NCBI GenBank assembly: GCA_035947875.1
Contig: DASZJQ010000109.1
Location: forward strand, 17,809-81,808
Direction of reading: 5' to 3'
DNA: 64,000 bases
Origin: Acidimicrobiales bacterium
GTDB lineage: Bacteria > Actinomycetota > Acidimicrobiia > Acidimicrobiales > RAAP-2
A model generated the notes under the pieces. That model saw only the letters and a program-made list of their open reading frames with translations, was not told the DNA's origin and did no database searches. This document shows, one piece after another, positions 46,191-56,137 of the stretch. The position numbers and the translations under genes are program-made. Numbering within the stretch: position 1 is the first letter of the stretch; the number at the start of each line of letters is the position of its first letter.

Positions 46191-47066
46191 ATGCGATTCT
46201 CGTATGCCGAGTCAATGACCGATCCGTCGTATTACCTCCCTTTGGCTCGCGCCGCCGAGGAGGCCAATTTCGATTCTATGGTCGTTCCGGACAGCATCTG
46301 CTACCCCGAGGAGTCCGACACGCGCTACCCCTTCAACCCGGACGGGACGCGGGAATTCCTGGAGGACAAGCCCTTCTTGGAGCCCTTCTCGTTGATCCCG
46401 GCCATGGGAGCGGTGACCGAGCAGCTGCGCTTCGTCACCTTCGTGGTCAAGCTGCCCATCCGACAGCCGGTGCTGGTGGCCAAGCAGGTCAGCTCCACGG
46501 CTGTCCTGACCGGCAACCGCCTTCTGCTGGGGGTGGGGACCAGCCCGTGGCCCGAGGACTACACGGTCTGCGGCGTGCCCTGGGTAGGGCGGGGCAAGCG
46601 CATGGACGAGCAGATCGAGGTCATGCGAGGACTGATGGCCGGCGGGTACTTCGAATATCACGGCGACGTGTTCGACCTCCCTTCGGTCAAGATGAGCCCC
46701 ACGCCGACCAAGCCCGTCCCGATCCTGATCGGTGGGCACCACGAGGCGGCGCTCCGCCGGGCCGCCGTCAGCGGGGACGGGTGGTTGCACGGCGGAGGGG
46801 ACCCGGGTGATCTGCCGGGGCTCCTGGCGCGACTTGCCGTCTTGCGGGCAGAACACGGGACCGAGGGCAAGCCCTTTGAAGTGCACGTCATCTCGCTGGA
46901 TGCCTACAGCGTTGACGGGGTCCGCCGGCTCGAGGAATTGGGTGTGACCGACGTGATCGTAGGATTTCGGTGGCCCTACGTGCCCGAGCAGGACACCGAG
47001 AGCCTGCAGACCAAGATCGACAGCCTCACGAGGTTCAGCGATGACGTCATCGCCAAGGTCCGATGA
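46191..47066 (+). CDS. LLM-class F420-dependent oxidoreductase (TIGR03619-like)
   Basis: 291 aa. MRFSYAES..., FDSMVVPDS, LLLGVGTSPWPEDY and GDGWLHGGG resemble the F420-dependent LLM subfamily. Confidence 0.65.
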   Translation: MRFSYAESMTDPSYYLPLARAAEEANFDSMVVPDSICYPEESDTRYPFNPDGTREFLEDKPFLEPFSLIPAMGAVTEQLRFVTFVVKLPIRQPVLVAKQVSSTAVLTGNRLLLGVGTSPWPEDYTVCGVPWVGRGKRMDEQIEVMRGLMAGGYFEYHGDVFDLPSVKMSPTPTKPVPILIGGHHEAALRRAAVSGDGWLHGGGDPGDLPGLLARLAVLRAEHGTEGKPFEVHVISLDAYSVDGVRRLEELGVTDVIVGFRWPYVPEQDTESLQTKIDSLTRFSDDVIAKVR

Positions 47067-47093
47067 GCAGCCACCGGGAGACAAGGGGACATC

Positions 47094-47513
47094 ATGACTG
47101 AGGAAGCGCTGACCGCACGGGAGCTGGGGATCCGCTCCCGGGCCGCCGTCCACGCCCGGGACCGGGACGCCTGGCTGGACCTCTTCGCGTCCGATGCCGT
47201 GGTGCAGGATCCGATTGGTCCGTCTCCCTTCGACCCCGATGGGAAGGGTCACCAGGGGCGGGAGGCCATTGCCGCGTTTTACGACACGGTCATCGCGCCC
47301 AGCGCGGCCATCAGTTTCGAGATTCAAGAGTCGTACCTCTGCGGGGACGAGGTGGCCGACGTCGGCACCATCCGGACCACGTTGGCCGGCGGCCAACACC
47401 AGGCCGTGGTGCGTGGCGTCTACACCTACCGGTCGAACGGGGCCGGCAAGCTGGCTTCGCTCCGCGCCTTCTGGGAGTTCGACGCGCTGGAACTGATCGA
47501 ACTCACCGGCTGA
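47094..47513 (+). CDS. NTF2-like protein (ketosteroid isomerase-like)
   Basis: 139 aa. AVHARDRDAWLDLFASDAVVQDPIGPSPFD is a KSI/SnoaL-type opening. Confidence 0.55.
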   Translation: MTEEALTARELGIRSRAAVHARDRDAWLDLFASDAVVQDPIGPSPFDPDGKGHQGREAIAAFYDTVIAPSAAISFEIQESYLCGDEVADVGTIRTTLAGGQHQAVVRGVYTYRSNGAGKLASLRAFWEFDALELIELTG

Positions 47514-47539
47514 GAGGCAACGCCCGTCGGGGTTGGGCC

Positions 47540-47959
47540 ATGGCCTACATTGACCGCATGCTGGTCATGGTCAAGGAGGGCCTCTTCACCGACGGGGACC
47601 CACCGTCGCTCCTGGGCAGCCACTGCGCGGCCTGCGGTGCTCGGCACTTCCCCCGTCACGACACCTGCCCCTACTGCGCGGTTGAGGATCCCGAGCCGGT
47701 GGAGCTTTCACGGCGCGGAACCCTGTGGGCGTGGACGGCGGTCACGGCGCCGCCCCCCGGATACACCGGGGAGACGCCGTACGGCGTGGGCGTGGTCGAG
47801 CTGCCCGAAGGCATTCGTGTCATCGCCCGGCTGACCGAGAGCGACCCGGCTGTACTCACACTGGCCTGCCCCATGGAACTGCGGATCGTGCCGCTGCACG
47901 TCGACGGAGACGGCAATGACGTAATCACCTATGCCTTCGCTCCGGCTCTTCCATCGTGA
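47540..47959 (+). CDS. DUF35 zinc-ribbon/OB-fold protein
   Basis: CAACGARHFPRHDTCPYC rubredoxin-like knuckle followed by an OB-fold (GTLWAWTAV...VGVVELPEG). Ends in a GTGA overlap with the thiolase gene. Confidence 0.75.
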   Translation: MAYIDRMLVMVKEGLFTDGDPPSLLGSHCAACGARHFPRHDTCPYCAVEDPEPVELSRRGTLWAWTAVTAPPPGYTGETPYGVGVVELPEGIRVIARLTESDPAVLTLACPMELRIVPLHVDGDGNDVITYAFAPALPS

Positions 47960-49101
47960 AGCGCGTCGTCATCACCGGTGTGGGCCTGCATCCGTTCGGC
48001 CGATTCGACGGCACGTCGACCACCGATATGGGGGTGCGGGCCGTGCGCGCCGCCCTCAAGCAGGCCGGGGTCGGTCGCGGCGGCTTCCAGGCGGCGTTCT
48101 GCGGGACCGCCTACGGGGGAGTCGCCACCGGCCACAAGGTGCTCAGCCGCCTGGGGATGACCGGGATGCCGATTGTCGACGTCGAGGCCGGTTGTGCCAG
48201 TGGTGGTGCCGCCCTGATGTTGGCGGCCGGAGCGATCCGGGCCGGCCAGTACGACACGGTGCTGGTTTTCGGGACCGAGAAAATGCCCAAGGGCATCATC
48301 CGCTCATCGTTTTTCGAGCCGTGGCAGGAGGAGGCCGGATTGGCCGCCACTCCCGCTTTCTTCGGACTCCGCGCGCAACGGCTGGCCGTCAATTCGGGAG
48401 TGACCAAGCAGCATCTGGCCCAGGTGGTGGTCAAGAACCGGCGCCACGGCGCATCGAACGCGGACGCCATGTACCAGAAGGAGGTCTCGGCCGAGGAGGT
48501 CCTGGCTTCGCGGGTGGTGTGTGAGCCGTTACATCTCTTCATGCTGTGCTCGCCCAACGAAGGCGCGGCGGCGGTGGTGCTGACCCGCGACGATCGCCCG
48601 GAAGTCTCGGCTCCGGCGCCGATCACGCTGGCCGGAGCGGTGCTCCGTTCTCATCTTCCCGGCGCCGTGCTCAGCGAGTCCACCCCCCTGTCGGGGTTGG
48701 TCGACGACACCGTGCCTCCGCCGTCCACCTTGGCCGCCACCGCGGCGTTCGAGGAAGCGGGGCTCGGGCCGTCGGACCTCGACGTCGTGGAGTGCCAGGA
48801 CACCGATGCCGCCCGGGAACTCCTGTCCTACGAGGAACTCGGCCTCTGCGATCCGGGTGGTTCGGCTGCTCTGCTCGAATCGGGCGCCACCCGATTGGGC
48901 GGATCCCTGCCCGTCAATCCAAGTGGGGGGCTGCTCTCCAAGGGTGAGCCATTGGGCGCGTCCGCCCTCGGCCAGGTGGTGGAGCTGGTGCGTCAGCTTC
49001 GGGGCGAATGCGGGGCGCGCCAGGTCGCGGGCGCTCGAGTCGCCCTCTCCCACACGGTGGGCCGAGGCGCCAACGCCGGCGTCGTGGTGTTGACCCGCTG
49101 A
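47956..49101 (+). CDS. Thiolase-like lipid-transfer protein (SCP-x/Ltp-type)
   Basis: 381 aa. RVVITGVGLHPFGRF, EAGCASGG active-site Cys block, C-terminal NPSGGLLSKGEPLGASA. Confidence 0.75.
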   Translation: MKRVVITGVGLHPFGRFDGTSTTDMGVRAVRAALKQAGVGRGGFQAAFCGTAYGGVATGHKVLSRLGMTGMPIVDVEAGCASGGAALMLAAGAIRAGQYDTVLVFGTEKMPKGIIRSSFFEPWQEEAGLAATPAFFGLRAQRLAVNSGVTKQHLAQVVVKNRRHGASNADAMYQKEVSAEEVLASRVVCEPLHLFMLCSPNEGAAAVVLTRDDRPEVSAPAPITLAGAVLRSHLPGAVLSESTPLSGLVDDTVPPPSTLAATAAFEEAGLGPSDLDVVECQDTDAARELLSYEELGLCDPGGSAALLESGATRLGGSLPVNPSGGLLSKGEPLGASALGQVVELVRQLRGECGARQVAGARVALSHTVGRGANAGVVVLTR

Positions 49102-49145
49102 ACGTTGGATCGTGGCACCGAGGACCGCCCGGAGAAGGAGGAGTC

Positions 49146-50426
49146 GTGGACAATCGCACCGTGCCCCTAACCTCGAAGGGACGCCCGAGGCCCCAGACCT
49201 CGACGGGAGGCCCGACCCGGCCCAAGGCCGGACGTGTCGCTCGCGTGTCGCCGGTCATCGCCGCCCTCCTGTTCTCGGGGGTGGCGGTGGGTATCGGGCC
49301 GTTGCAGGCACGCCGGGCCGCCGCGGCAGCCCCGTCGGCCAAGCAGGCAGCCGTCGCCGACGGCGCCGACCCGTCACGCACCGACGCAGCCGGAACGGAG
49401 TGGCTCTGCAATCCCGATCTACCGGCTAATCCATGCCTTTCCAACGAGAACGCGCTGGTGCAGAGGGCATCGGGCCGGAACTCCGTGCAACTTGCTCGCC
49501 CGGCTAGCCAGCCACCCATCGATTGCTTCTACGTCTATCCCACCGTGAGCAAGCAACCAGGGCTCGCGGCCAACCTCGAGATCCAGGCCGCCGAGACCAA
49601 TGTCGCCACGTTCCAGGCGTCGCGCTTTTCGAGCGTCTGCAAGGTCTACGCACCGATGTATCCCCAGATCACCACCAACGGGCTGCAGCATCTCGGATCG
49701 GGTTTCCGAGCTGCCCTCACGGCCGGCTACGACGTGGTGCAGTCAGCGTGGAAGGACTATATGGAGCATGACAATCACGGCCGGGGCGTCGTGGTCATCG
49801 GCCACTCCCAAGGTTCCACCATGGCCCAGGAGCTGCTGCGCACCCAGATCGACTCCAATGCGCGCGCTCGAAACCTTCTCGTCTCCGCCATCATTCCCGG
49901 CGGCAACGTGGTGGTCCCGATCGGACAACAGGTCGGGGGGACATTCCAACACCTCGCTGCCTGTACCGCGCCCACCCAGCTGCATTGCATCGTTGCTTAC
50001 TCGAGTTTTGATCAGACACCTCCGGCGGGCACGCTGTTCGGGATACCCGGACATGGCGTGAGTTTCCTCCAGATCACACCCAGTCCGACCACGGGCATGC
50101 AGGTCCTTTGCGTCAACCCGGCCGCATTGTCGACCGGAGGAAGCGGTGTGCTCCAGCCCTATTTCCCGCGCGGCGCCACCACAACGGGACGGCTGATCCC
50201 TTGGGCAACCCAGCCCAACCTGTATTCCGGGCGGTGCATGTCCCAGAACGGGACCACCTGGCTGCAGGTCAACGCGCCGATCGTCCCCGGAGATCCTCGA
50301 CCCGTGGTGACCCAGGTCCTGGGTCCGAGCTGGGGTCTGCACCTCGACGACGTCAACCTCTTTCTCGGAAATTTGGTCGGCCTGGTCGGCACGCAGTCAA
50401 GGGCCTTTGTTCGGACACACTCCTGA
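49146..50426 (+). CDS. Secreted DUF3089-like alpha/beta hydrolase
   Basis: GTG 49146 with AAGGAGGAG upstream. Hydrophobic signal/anchor, PIDCFYVYPT and FAPMY-like (VYAPMYPQ) blocks, GHSQGS nucleophile elbow. Confidence 0.6.
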   Translation: MDNRTVPLTSKGRPRPQTSTGGPTRPKAGRVARVSPVIAALLFSGVAVGIGPLQARRAAAAAPSAKQAAVADGADPSRTDAAGTEWLCNPDLPANPCLSNENALVQRASGRNSVQLARPASQPPIDCFYVYPTVSKQPGLAANLEIQAAETNVATFQASRFSSVCKVYAPMYPQITTNGLQHLGSGFRAALTAGYDVVQSAWKDYMEHDNHGRGVVVIGHSQGSTMAQELLRTQIDSNARARNLLVSAIIPGGNVVVPIGQQVGGTFQHLAACTAPTQLHCIVAYSSFDQTPPAGTLFGIPGHGVSFLQITPSPTTGMQVLCVNPAALSTGGSGVLQPYFPRGATTTGRLIPWATQPNLYSGRCMSQNGTTWLQVNAPIVPGDPRPVVTQVLGPSWGLHLDDVNLFLGNLVGLVGTQSRAFVRTHS

Positions 50427-50463
50427 TCCCCTCGACGGAGTCACCTCATGTCTCACGCCCAAC

Positions 50464-51216
50464 TCAGAGGCCCTTCAGCGCCTGGGGCAGTTCTTCCAAT
50501 GACGTGATCACGGCATCGGGCACTTCGTCGCAGCCGGGTGGAGGCCGATAGGTGCCCCCACCCTCGCGGTCGATCCAGATGGCGTGCCAACCTGCCCGTT
50601 TCGCCCCCACCACATCGTTGAGGGGGTGATCGCCGACCAGGACGCAGGCGGACGGGGGCAACTCCATCTGCTGCTGGACCACCTCGAATATCCCTCGGTC
50701 CGGTTTGGCCACGCGGTGATCCTGGGCGAAGACGACGACTTCGAAGATCCCCCCGAGCCCGATGGCTTCGGGCAGTCGACTGCCGTTGGACAGCAACCCG
50801 ATGCGGTAGTCGGGGCGCAGCGATTCGAGGGTGGGCAACGCGTCCTCAAAGAGGGCCGGGTCCTTGTCCCGGTCCCGAAAATAGGAATCAGCGAGCTGTT
50901 CGGCCAACACCAGATCCTGCGCCTCGCTCCAGTCCCCGCCGTCTCGCCGCACGCGCTGCAAGGATCGGGCGAAGCCGAGTCGGCGCAGTCGGGCCAGGTT
51001 GTATTCCACACCGCGCAGCTCGCGCGCCACGGCACCCCGGTCGCTCTGCAGGTCGCCGACGGTCAACGCGTCGGTGACGGCACCCGGGCGGGCGGCGCGA
51101 AGGTCGTTCAGCACTCCAAGCAGAGCACCGTGCATGACCCTTTGGAAGTCCCACAGCGTCTGATCGCCATCGAAGAGGACGGCCTCGACCGGCGACGTTC
51201 GGGCCGGAGCGTTCAA
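50464..51216 (-). CDS. HAD-superfamily hydrolase (phosphatase-type DxD)
   Basis: Motif I VLFDGDQTLW, motif IV LVGDHPLNDVVGA. TTG start overlaps the upstream stop (TTGA). Confidence 0.7.
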   Translation of the reverse strand: MNAPARTSPVEAVLFDGDQTLWDFQRVMHGALLGVLNDLRAARPGAVTDALTVGDLQSDRGAVARELRGVEYNLARLRRLGFARSLQRVRRDGGDWSEAQDLVLAEQLADSYFRDRDKDPALFEDALPTLESLRPDYRIGLLSNGSRLPEAIGLGGIFEVVVFAQDHRVAKPDRGIFEVVQQQMELPPSACVLVGDHPLNDVVGAKRAGWHAIWIDREGGGTYRPPPGCDEVPDAVITSLEELPQALKGL

Positions 51217-52163
51217 TTGACCAGGACGACCTTGCCCAACTTCCCTCCGGCGGCGAACCGGTCGTAGGCACCGGTGGCGTCGGCCATGGGGAAGGCCGCA
51301 TAGACCGGCACGCGAAGGCGACCCGACGCCAGGAGTGGCAGGACGTGGGCTGTGACCGCCGCCGCAACGTCCGCCTTCTCGCGCCGGGTGCGGAACCGCA
51401 AGGTGGATCCACCGATGCGCACCCGCTTGGTCATGAGACTCATCAGGTCGAGCTCCATGGCTCCTCCGGAGCCGACCCCGATGACGACCACGCGAGCCCC
51501 GATCGCCAGATGGGGCAGCACATGGGGCAGGCTGGCCGCCCCCACCAGCTCGAGGACGACGTCGTAGGGGCCATGGTCGGCGACCTCGTCCGGGTCGATG
51601 GCCACCGCCGCGCCCAGCGCCACGACCTCGTTTCGCCGGTCGGGATCGCGGACGGTGGCGACCACCGTGGCCCCGGTACCGGCCGCCAGTTGCACACCGG
51701 CCGTGCCGACACCTCCGGCGGCGCCGCTGACCAGCACCCGTTCCCCCATGCGGAGTTGGCCCTGGGTGAAGAGAGCGTCGAAGGCGGTCGAGAAGACCTC
51801 GGGAAAGCCCCCCGCCTCGGGCCAGGGGAGCACGTCAGGGACAGCCAGCGCGTGCGACTCGTCGACCACGCACAAGGCGGCCTGAGCGCCGCCTCCCACC
51901 AGGGCCATGATCCGATCGCCGGGGGAGAACTGGCGTACCTCGGAGCCCACGGCGACCACCTCCCCGGCCAGTTCCATGCCGGGGATGTCCGGGGGTGAGC
52001 CCGGAGGGGCGGGGTAGAGGCCGATGCGTTGGATCAGGTCGGCCGCGTTGAGTCCGGCCGCCTCGACGGCCACCAGGAGCTCGGTGTTCCCGGGCACGGG
52101 ATCGTCCCGTTCTTCCCAGTGAAGCTGGTTGTCACGGATCACCACGGCTCGCATGAAGCTCAC
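51213..52163 (-). CDS. NADPH:quinone oxidoreductase / zinc-type alcohol dehydrogenase-like (MDR family)
   Basis: 316 aa. GLNAADLIQRIGLYPAPPG and VLVSGAAGGVGTAGVQLA are Qor-type patterns. Confidence 0.75.
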   Translation of the reverse strand: MSFMRAVVIRDNQLHWEERDDPVPGNTELLVAVEAAGLNAADLIQRIGLYPAPPGSPPDIPGMELAGEVVAVGSEVRQFSPGDRIMALVGGGAQAALCVVDESHALAVPDVLPWPEAGGFPEVFSTAFDALFTQGQLRMGERVLVSGAAGGVGTAGVQLAAGTGATVVATVRDPDRRNEVVALGAAVAIDPDEVADHGPYDVVLELVGAASLPHVLPHLAIGARVVVIGVGSGGAMELDLMSLMTKRVRIGGSTLRFRTRREKADVAAAVTAHVLPLLASGRLRVPVYAAFPMADATGAYDRFAAGGKLGKVVLVN

Positions 52164-52237
52164 TCTTGCACGCGGCGTCGTCGGTGAGCCGCTCTCGCCC
52201 CGGCAGGGGTCCGGTCAGGCCCGGTAACCTCGGACCC

Positions 52238-52726
52238 ATGGCCCTCTACGACATTCCCATCCACACACTCCAAGGCGACGATTCCTCGCTCGGTGCCTTT
52301 GCCGGAAAGACCCTCCTGGTAGTCAACGTGGCTTCCAAGTGCGGACTGACCCCGCAGTACGAGGGACTCGAGCGCCTGCAGAAGACCTACGCCGACCGGG
52401 GGTTCTCCGTCGTCGGGTTCCCCAGCAACCAATTCATGGGCCAGGAGCCCGGGACGGCCGAGGAGATCCAGCAGTTCTGCTCGACCACCTACGGAGTGAC
52501 CTTTCCGCTCATGGAGAAGATCGACGTGAACGGCGACGACCGAAACCCCATCTACCAAGAGCTCACGGCGTTCCCCGACGCCGAAGGCACCGCCGGGGAC
52601 ATCACGTGGAACTTCGAGAAGTTCCTGGTCTCGGGGACGGGCGAGATCGTGGGGCGCTTCCGGCCCCAGGTCGAGCCGGAGGACCCGGCCATCATCGAGG
52701 CGATTGAGGCCGAGCTGTCCGCTTGA
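52238..52726 (+). CDS. Glutathione peroxidase (Cys-type)
   Basis: Internal ATG 52238. LVVNVASKCGLTPQY, GFPSNQFMGQEPG and WNFEKFLV are the three GPx signature blocks. Confidence 0.9.
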   Translation: MALYDIPIHTLQGDDSSLGAFAGKTLLVVNVASKCGLTPQYEGLERLQKTYADRGFSVVGFPSNQFMGQEPGTAEEIQQFCSTTYGVTFPLMEKIDVNGDDRNPIYQELTAFPDAEGTAGDITWNFEKFLVSGTGEIVGRFRPQVEPEDPAIIEAIEAELSA

Positions 52727-53427
52727 CCACATCGGCGAATGCGGCGGGATTCGCCGCGTCCATCTTCGACATGGACGGGTTGCTCATCGATTCGGAGACC
52801 CTCTGGCATGAGGCCGAGATCGAGATCCTGGGTGACCTCGGCGTCCCGCTGGCCGCCGACGGGTGCCGCAACACCAAGGGCATGTTCGTGGAGGAAGTGA
52901 CCGAGTTCTGGCACGAGCAGTATCCATGGGCGAGCCCGAGCCCGGCCGAGGTGGCGGTGACCATCGTCGATCGGGTCATCGCCCTGGTGTTGGCCAAAGG
53001 CGAGCTCAAACCGGGGGCCGATCACGCCATCGCCATGTGCGTAGAGCGGGGGCTGCCCATGGCCGTGGCCTCGTCGTCGCAGTACCGACTGATTGAAGTG
53101 GCGCTCGATCACTTCGGCTTGCGGCAGCACTTCGCCTTCATCCACTCGGCCGAGGACGAGGAGTACGGCAAGCCGCACCCGGCCGTGTTCCTCACGGCGG
53201 CGTCCAAGTTGAGCGCCGATCCGCGTCGCTGCCTGGTCTGGGAAGACGCCCCGGCCGGGGTCCTGGCGGCCAAAGCGGCCTCCATGGCCTGCATCGCCGT
53301 CCCCGAGCAGGGGGAGGAGGGTCAGGCGGCCTTCGGCCTGGCCGATCTGGTGCTCGGGTCACTGCTCGAGATGAATGATGCCCGCTGGGACGACGTGGTC
53401 GCCCGACACTTCACCACTGCCATCTGA
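52723..53427 (+). CDS. HAD-superfamily sugar-phosphatase (HxpB/beta-PGM-like)
   Basis: Motif I IFDMDGLLIDSE, SSS motif II, KPHPAVFL motif III, WEDAPAGV motif IV. TTG start overlaps the gpx stop. Confidence 0.75.
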   Translation: MTTSANAAGFAASIFDMDGLLIDSETLWHEAEIEILGDLGVPLAADGCRNTKGMFVEEVTEFWHEQYPWASPSPAEVAVTIVDRVIALVLAKGELKPGADHAIAMCVERGLPMAVASSSQYRLIEVALDHFGLRQHFAFIHSAEDEEYGKPHPAVFLTAASKLSADPRRCLVWEDAPAGVLAAKAASMACIAVPEQGEEGQAAFGLADLVLGSLLEMNDARWDDVVARHFTTAI

Positions 53428-53520
53428 GGTCGAGGGAAATTGGTGAGGCGTGGTGAGGTTGCACATCTCCGTCGATCGAGGGAAGCAATGGTCATTTGGT
53501 TGTGCCCCCGATGAAATGAC

Positions 53521-53940
53521 GTGAGCCACGGGACACCGACCACCACCGCACGGTGGCCCTGGATGGCGATGTTGATCGCCCTCGGCCTTGAATTCGCACT
53601 TGGCGTCGTGTCCTTGTTGCTCGTTCCGGTCGATCGGCCCGACGAGTGGCTGCCTCCGCAAGGGAGAGCCGTCTACGTGGTCCACGCTGGACTCGGGGGG
53701 ATGCTGGGCATCGGGGCGCTGGTCATCTTCGTCGTTGCCTCACAGGGGGGCAGGATCGTGCGACTCGGAGCGCAGATCGGCTTGGTCGGACTCTTGCTCG
53801 GTGCGGGCGGGGGCCTACTGACGGCCTTCCATCCCTGGCGACTTACCGGTCTGGGACTGATGCTTGCCGGCACATTCGTAGCCTTCTTTGGCTATCTCAT
53901 TCCCCTCCTTGAGCAGATCCAAAGGCAAGAATTGGAATAG
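53521..53940 (+). CDS. Hypothetical 4-TM membrane protein
   Basis: 139 aa, GTG start, four hydrophobic segments. No family recognised. Confidence 0.4.
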   Translation: MSHGTPTTTARWPWMAMLIALGLEFALGVVSLLLVPVDRPDEWLPPQGRAVYVVHAGLGGMLGIGALVIFVVASQGGRIVRLGAQIGLVGLLLGAGGGLLTAFHPWRLTGLGLMLAGTFVAFFGYLIPLLEQIQRQELE

Positions 53941-54059
53941 CTCGTCTCACGGTACGCGGATCCTCCGATCGTCTCGTAGAAAGATGGTGCCGCGGCGATC
54001 ATCAAAGGGGACCGACAACGCCGGGAAGGTGGCGAACTGGTTGAGAGTTGGAGCGCCCT

Positions 54060-54980
54060 TCAATATCGCAGATCGGCAAGGACGCCGTAGTGATCGGACA
54101 GCTGAGGCTTGTCGCCGGGGAGGACGCCGAGCAGCTCGCAGTGGGTCGGATGGCCGACAGCGCCGAGCCGCGGCCAGGCTGAGAGCACGTAGTCGAAGCG
54201 TCGATCGGGATACATGGCGACGGCGGCCAGCGGATTGCGGTTGGACCACGTATGGCCGGCGGTCCCATCTCCGGCCAGCTCCCAGGCGTCGTAGAAGACC
54301 AGACCCGGCGCGGCGGTGGCGACACGCCCTGTGAGCATGCGGATCTCGTCAGAGTCGGGTCCGGCGTTGAAGTCGCCACAGACCACTACTGGGTAGCGCC
54401 GGCGGGTCGTCTCCGAGATGAGCTGAGCGAGCTGTCGCACCTGTCCCTGGCGCACCCGGCTGGCGTCGAGCGGGTAGTCCAACATCACGACGAAGAGCTG
54501 AATGAGGCCCCGCTCACCCTCGACACTCGCGCCGAGCACCTCGCCAACTCCGGATCCGTCCTCTCCTCGCAACAGTGTCCGTTCGCGGACCGACAAGGGC
54601 CATCGTGAGACCAGGCCGATGCCCGACACCCAATCGTCTTGCTCCCAATCTCCTTCGAACAGATGATGTTCCATTCCGAGCCGGGTGGCGACCTGGTCCG
54701 CCTGAGTCGTGTCAGCGCTCGACCAGGACTCGACGAGGCAGACGATGTCGGGTCTCGTGGCGAGGAGCGCCTCTTCAATCCCGGCTTGGCGCGCCTGCCA
54801 CTTCCCGTATCGACCCCAGACGTTCCAAGTCACCACGCGTAGGGTCGTCTCGACGACCGGCCCGTACGGCGCGTACTGATCGAAGGTCACCCCGCCAGTC
54901 TGCCCGGCCAATCGGCGCTCGCGCACTCCAACGCCAAAGGTGCCGTTCCGGAATCTGGCAAGACGACGCTTGCTGGGCAA
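54060..54980 (-). CDS. Endonuclease/exonuclease/phosphatase (EEP) family protein
   Basis: LRVVTWNVWGRY, DIVCLVES, VVCGDFNAGPDS and SDHYGVLADL are the EEP catalytic blocks. Confidence 0.75.
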   Translation of the reverse strand: MPSKRRLARFRNGTFGVGVRERRLAGQTGGVTFDQYAPYGPVVETTLRVVTWNVWGRYGKWQARQAGIEEALLATRPDIVCLVESWSSADTTQADQVATRLGMEHHLFEGDWEQDDWVSGIGLVSRWPLSVRERTLLRGEDGSGVGEVLGASVEGERGLIQLFVVMLDYPLDASRVRQGQVRQLAQLISETTRRRYPVVVCGDFNAGPDSDEIRMLTGRVATAAPGLVFYDAWELAGDGTAGHTWSNRNPLAAVAMYPDRRFDYVLSAWPRLGAVGHPTHCELLGVLPGDKPQLSDHYGVLADLRY

Positions 54981-55010
54981 GTGGAGGGGATCTGCGGCGC
55001 TCGGAGGCGT

Positions 55011-55274
55011 TCAGACGCTGAGTGGTTCGACATCGGTGACCGACTGAGAGCGGTATTTCCGAAGGTGTTCGGCTCCGGCCGCCGACACCGAAACGTATTG
55101 GCCGCGCCCGGGCGAATAGTGACGCTCGATAAAGCCTCGGTCGTTGGCGTCTTCCCACACCGGAAAGCGCGGACACGACGTCCGCCAGGCATCAAGGACC
55201 TCGAGGTAGGGGCGCTGGCCCGAACCCAACCATTCAAGGAGATCGAGAATCAGGTTGTCGAGGTTGTCCGTCAT
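55011..55274 (-). CDS. Small conserved-looking hypothetical protein (87 aa)
   Basis: Internal ATG 55274 (MTDNLDNLILDLLEWLGSGQRPYLEVLDAWRTSCPRFPVWEDANDRGFIERH...). Ends 30 nt upstream of the EEP gene start on the same strand. Confidence 0.45.
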   Translation of the reverse strand: MTDNLDNLILDLLEWLGSGQRPYLEVLDAWRTSCPRFPVWEDANDRGFIERHYSPGRGQYVSVSAAGAEHLRKYRSQSVTDVEPLSV

Positions 55275-55558
55275 AAGACTGCGGGGAATTATTGCAGGTC
55301 TGCTGCCGTACGAGCCGCTTCGTCCACTTTCAATTGCTCTTGACCGTGAGGTGTTCGGTCCGGCGCGTGCCATCGTCCTATTTGATGATGGCGCCGTGGC
55401 ATCGCTCAATAGGTCACCTACGACGACGGGAGCGCCCACTAGCGTCGCGCTGCATGATCGGACCCGCATTGAGCCGCTCGAGCAGTCTGGCGTCTCGCGC
55501 ACTTGATGCTCCTGCGCTCCTGATCAGATTGCCTGTCTGCATCGTGGCGTCTGAGTAG

Positions 55559-56137
55559 ATGGAAGATTCACCACGATCGTCACCGCTGGCGGTCTATTTT
55601 GGACGGATGCGGGGTACCGCCCCGCGAGTGGTCACCCACCATCGGATGTCGGCGGTCGTCTGGGCCTGGTGCGCGGGGTTCGTGGCCATATATCTCATCT
55701 CGATCCCGAGCCTGTACCCCGGTTGGCCGCTCTCAGCCAAGCTGTTCCTCATCGGTTCCTTTGGCGCATCGGCGGCCCTGCTCTACGGCGCACCGCACTC
55801 CCCGTTCGCTCAACCGCGCCCCCTGATACTCGGCCAACTCATTGCGGCGCTGACCGGAGTGACCGCATACAAACTGCTGGGGAGTCACATTGGTCTGGCG
55901 GCATCGGTTGCAGTCGCCACCACGATTGTCTTCATGCAGCTCACGAGTGTGGTGCATCCTCCCGCCGGCGCCACGGCACTCATTGCCGTCCTCGGCCCGG
56001 CGCAGGTCCATCACCTGGGCTATCAATTCGTCCTCAGCCCGGTATTGGTGGGGGCGCTCATTCTCCTGGTGATTGCCGTCATCGTCAATAATTTCTCTTC
56101 GAACGAGGACCGCCACTATCCCCTCACCTGGTGGTGA
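55559..56137 (+). CDS. HPP-family membrane protein
   Basis: 192 aa. LIGSFGASAALLYGAP and the HPPAGATAL signature. Confidence 0.75.
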   Translation: MEDSPRSSPLAVYFGRMRGTAPRVVTHHRMSAVVWAWCAGFVAIYLISIPSLYPGWPLSAKLFLIGSFGASAALLYGAPHSPFAQPRPLILGQLIAALTGVTAYKLLGSHIGLAASVAVATTIVFMQLTSVVHPPAGATALIAVLGPAQVHHLGYQFVLSPVLVGALILLVIAVIVNNFSSNEDRHYPLTWW

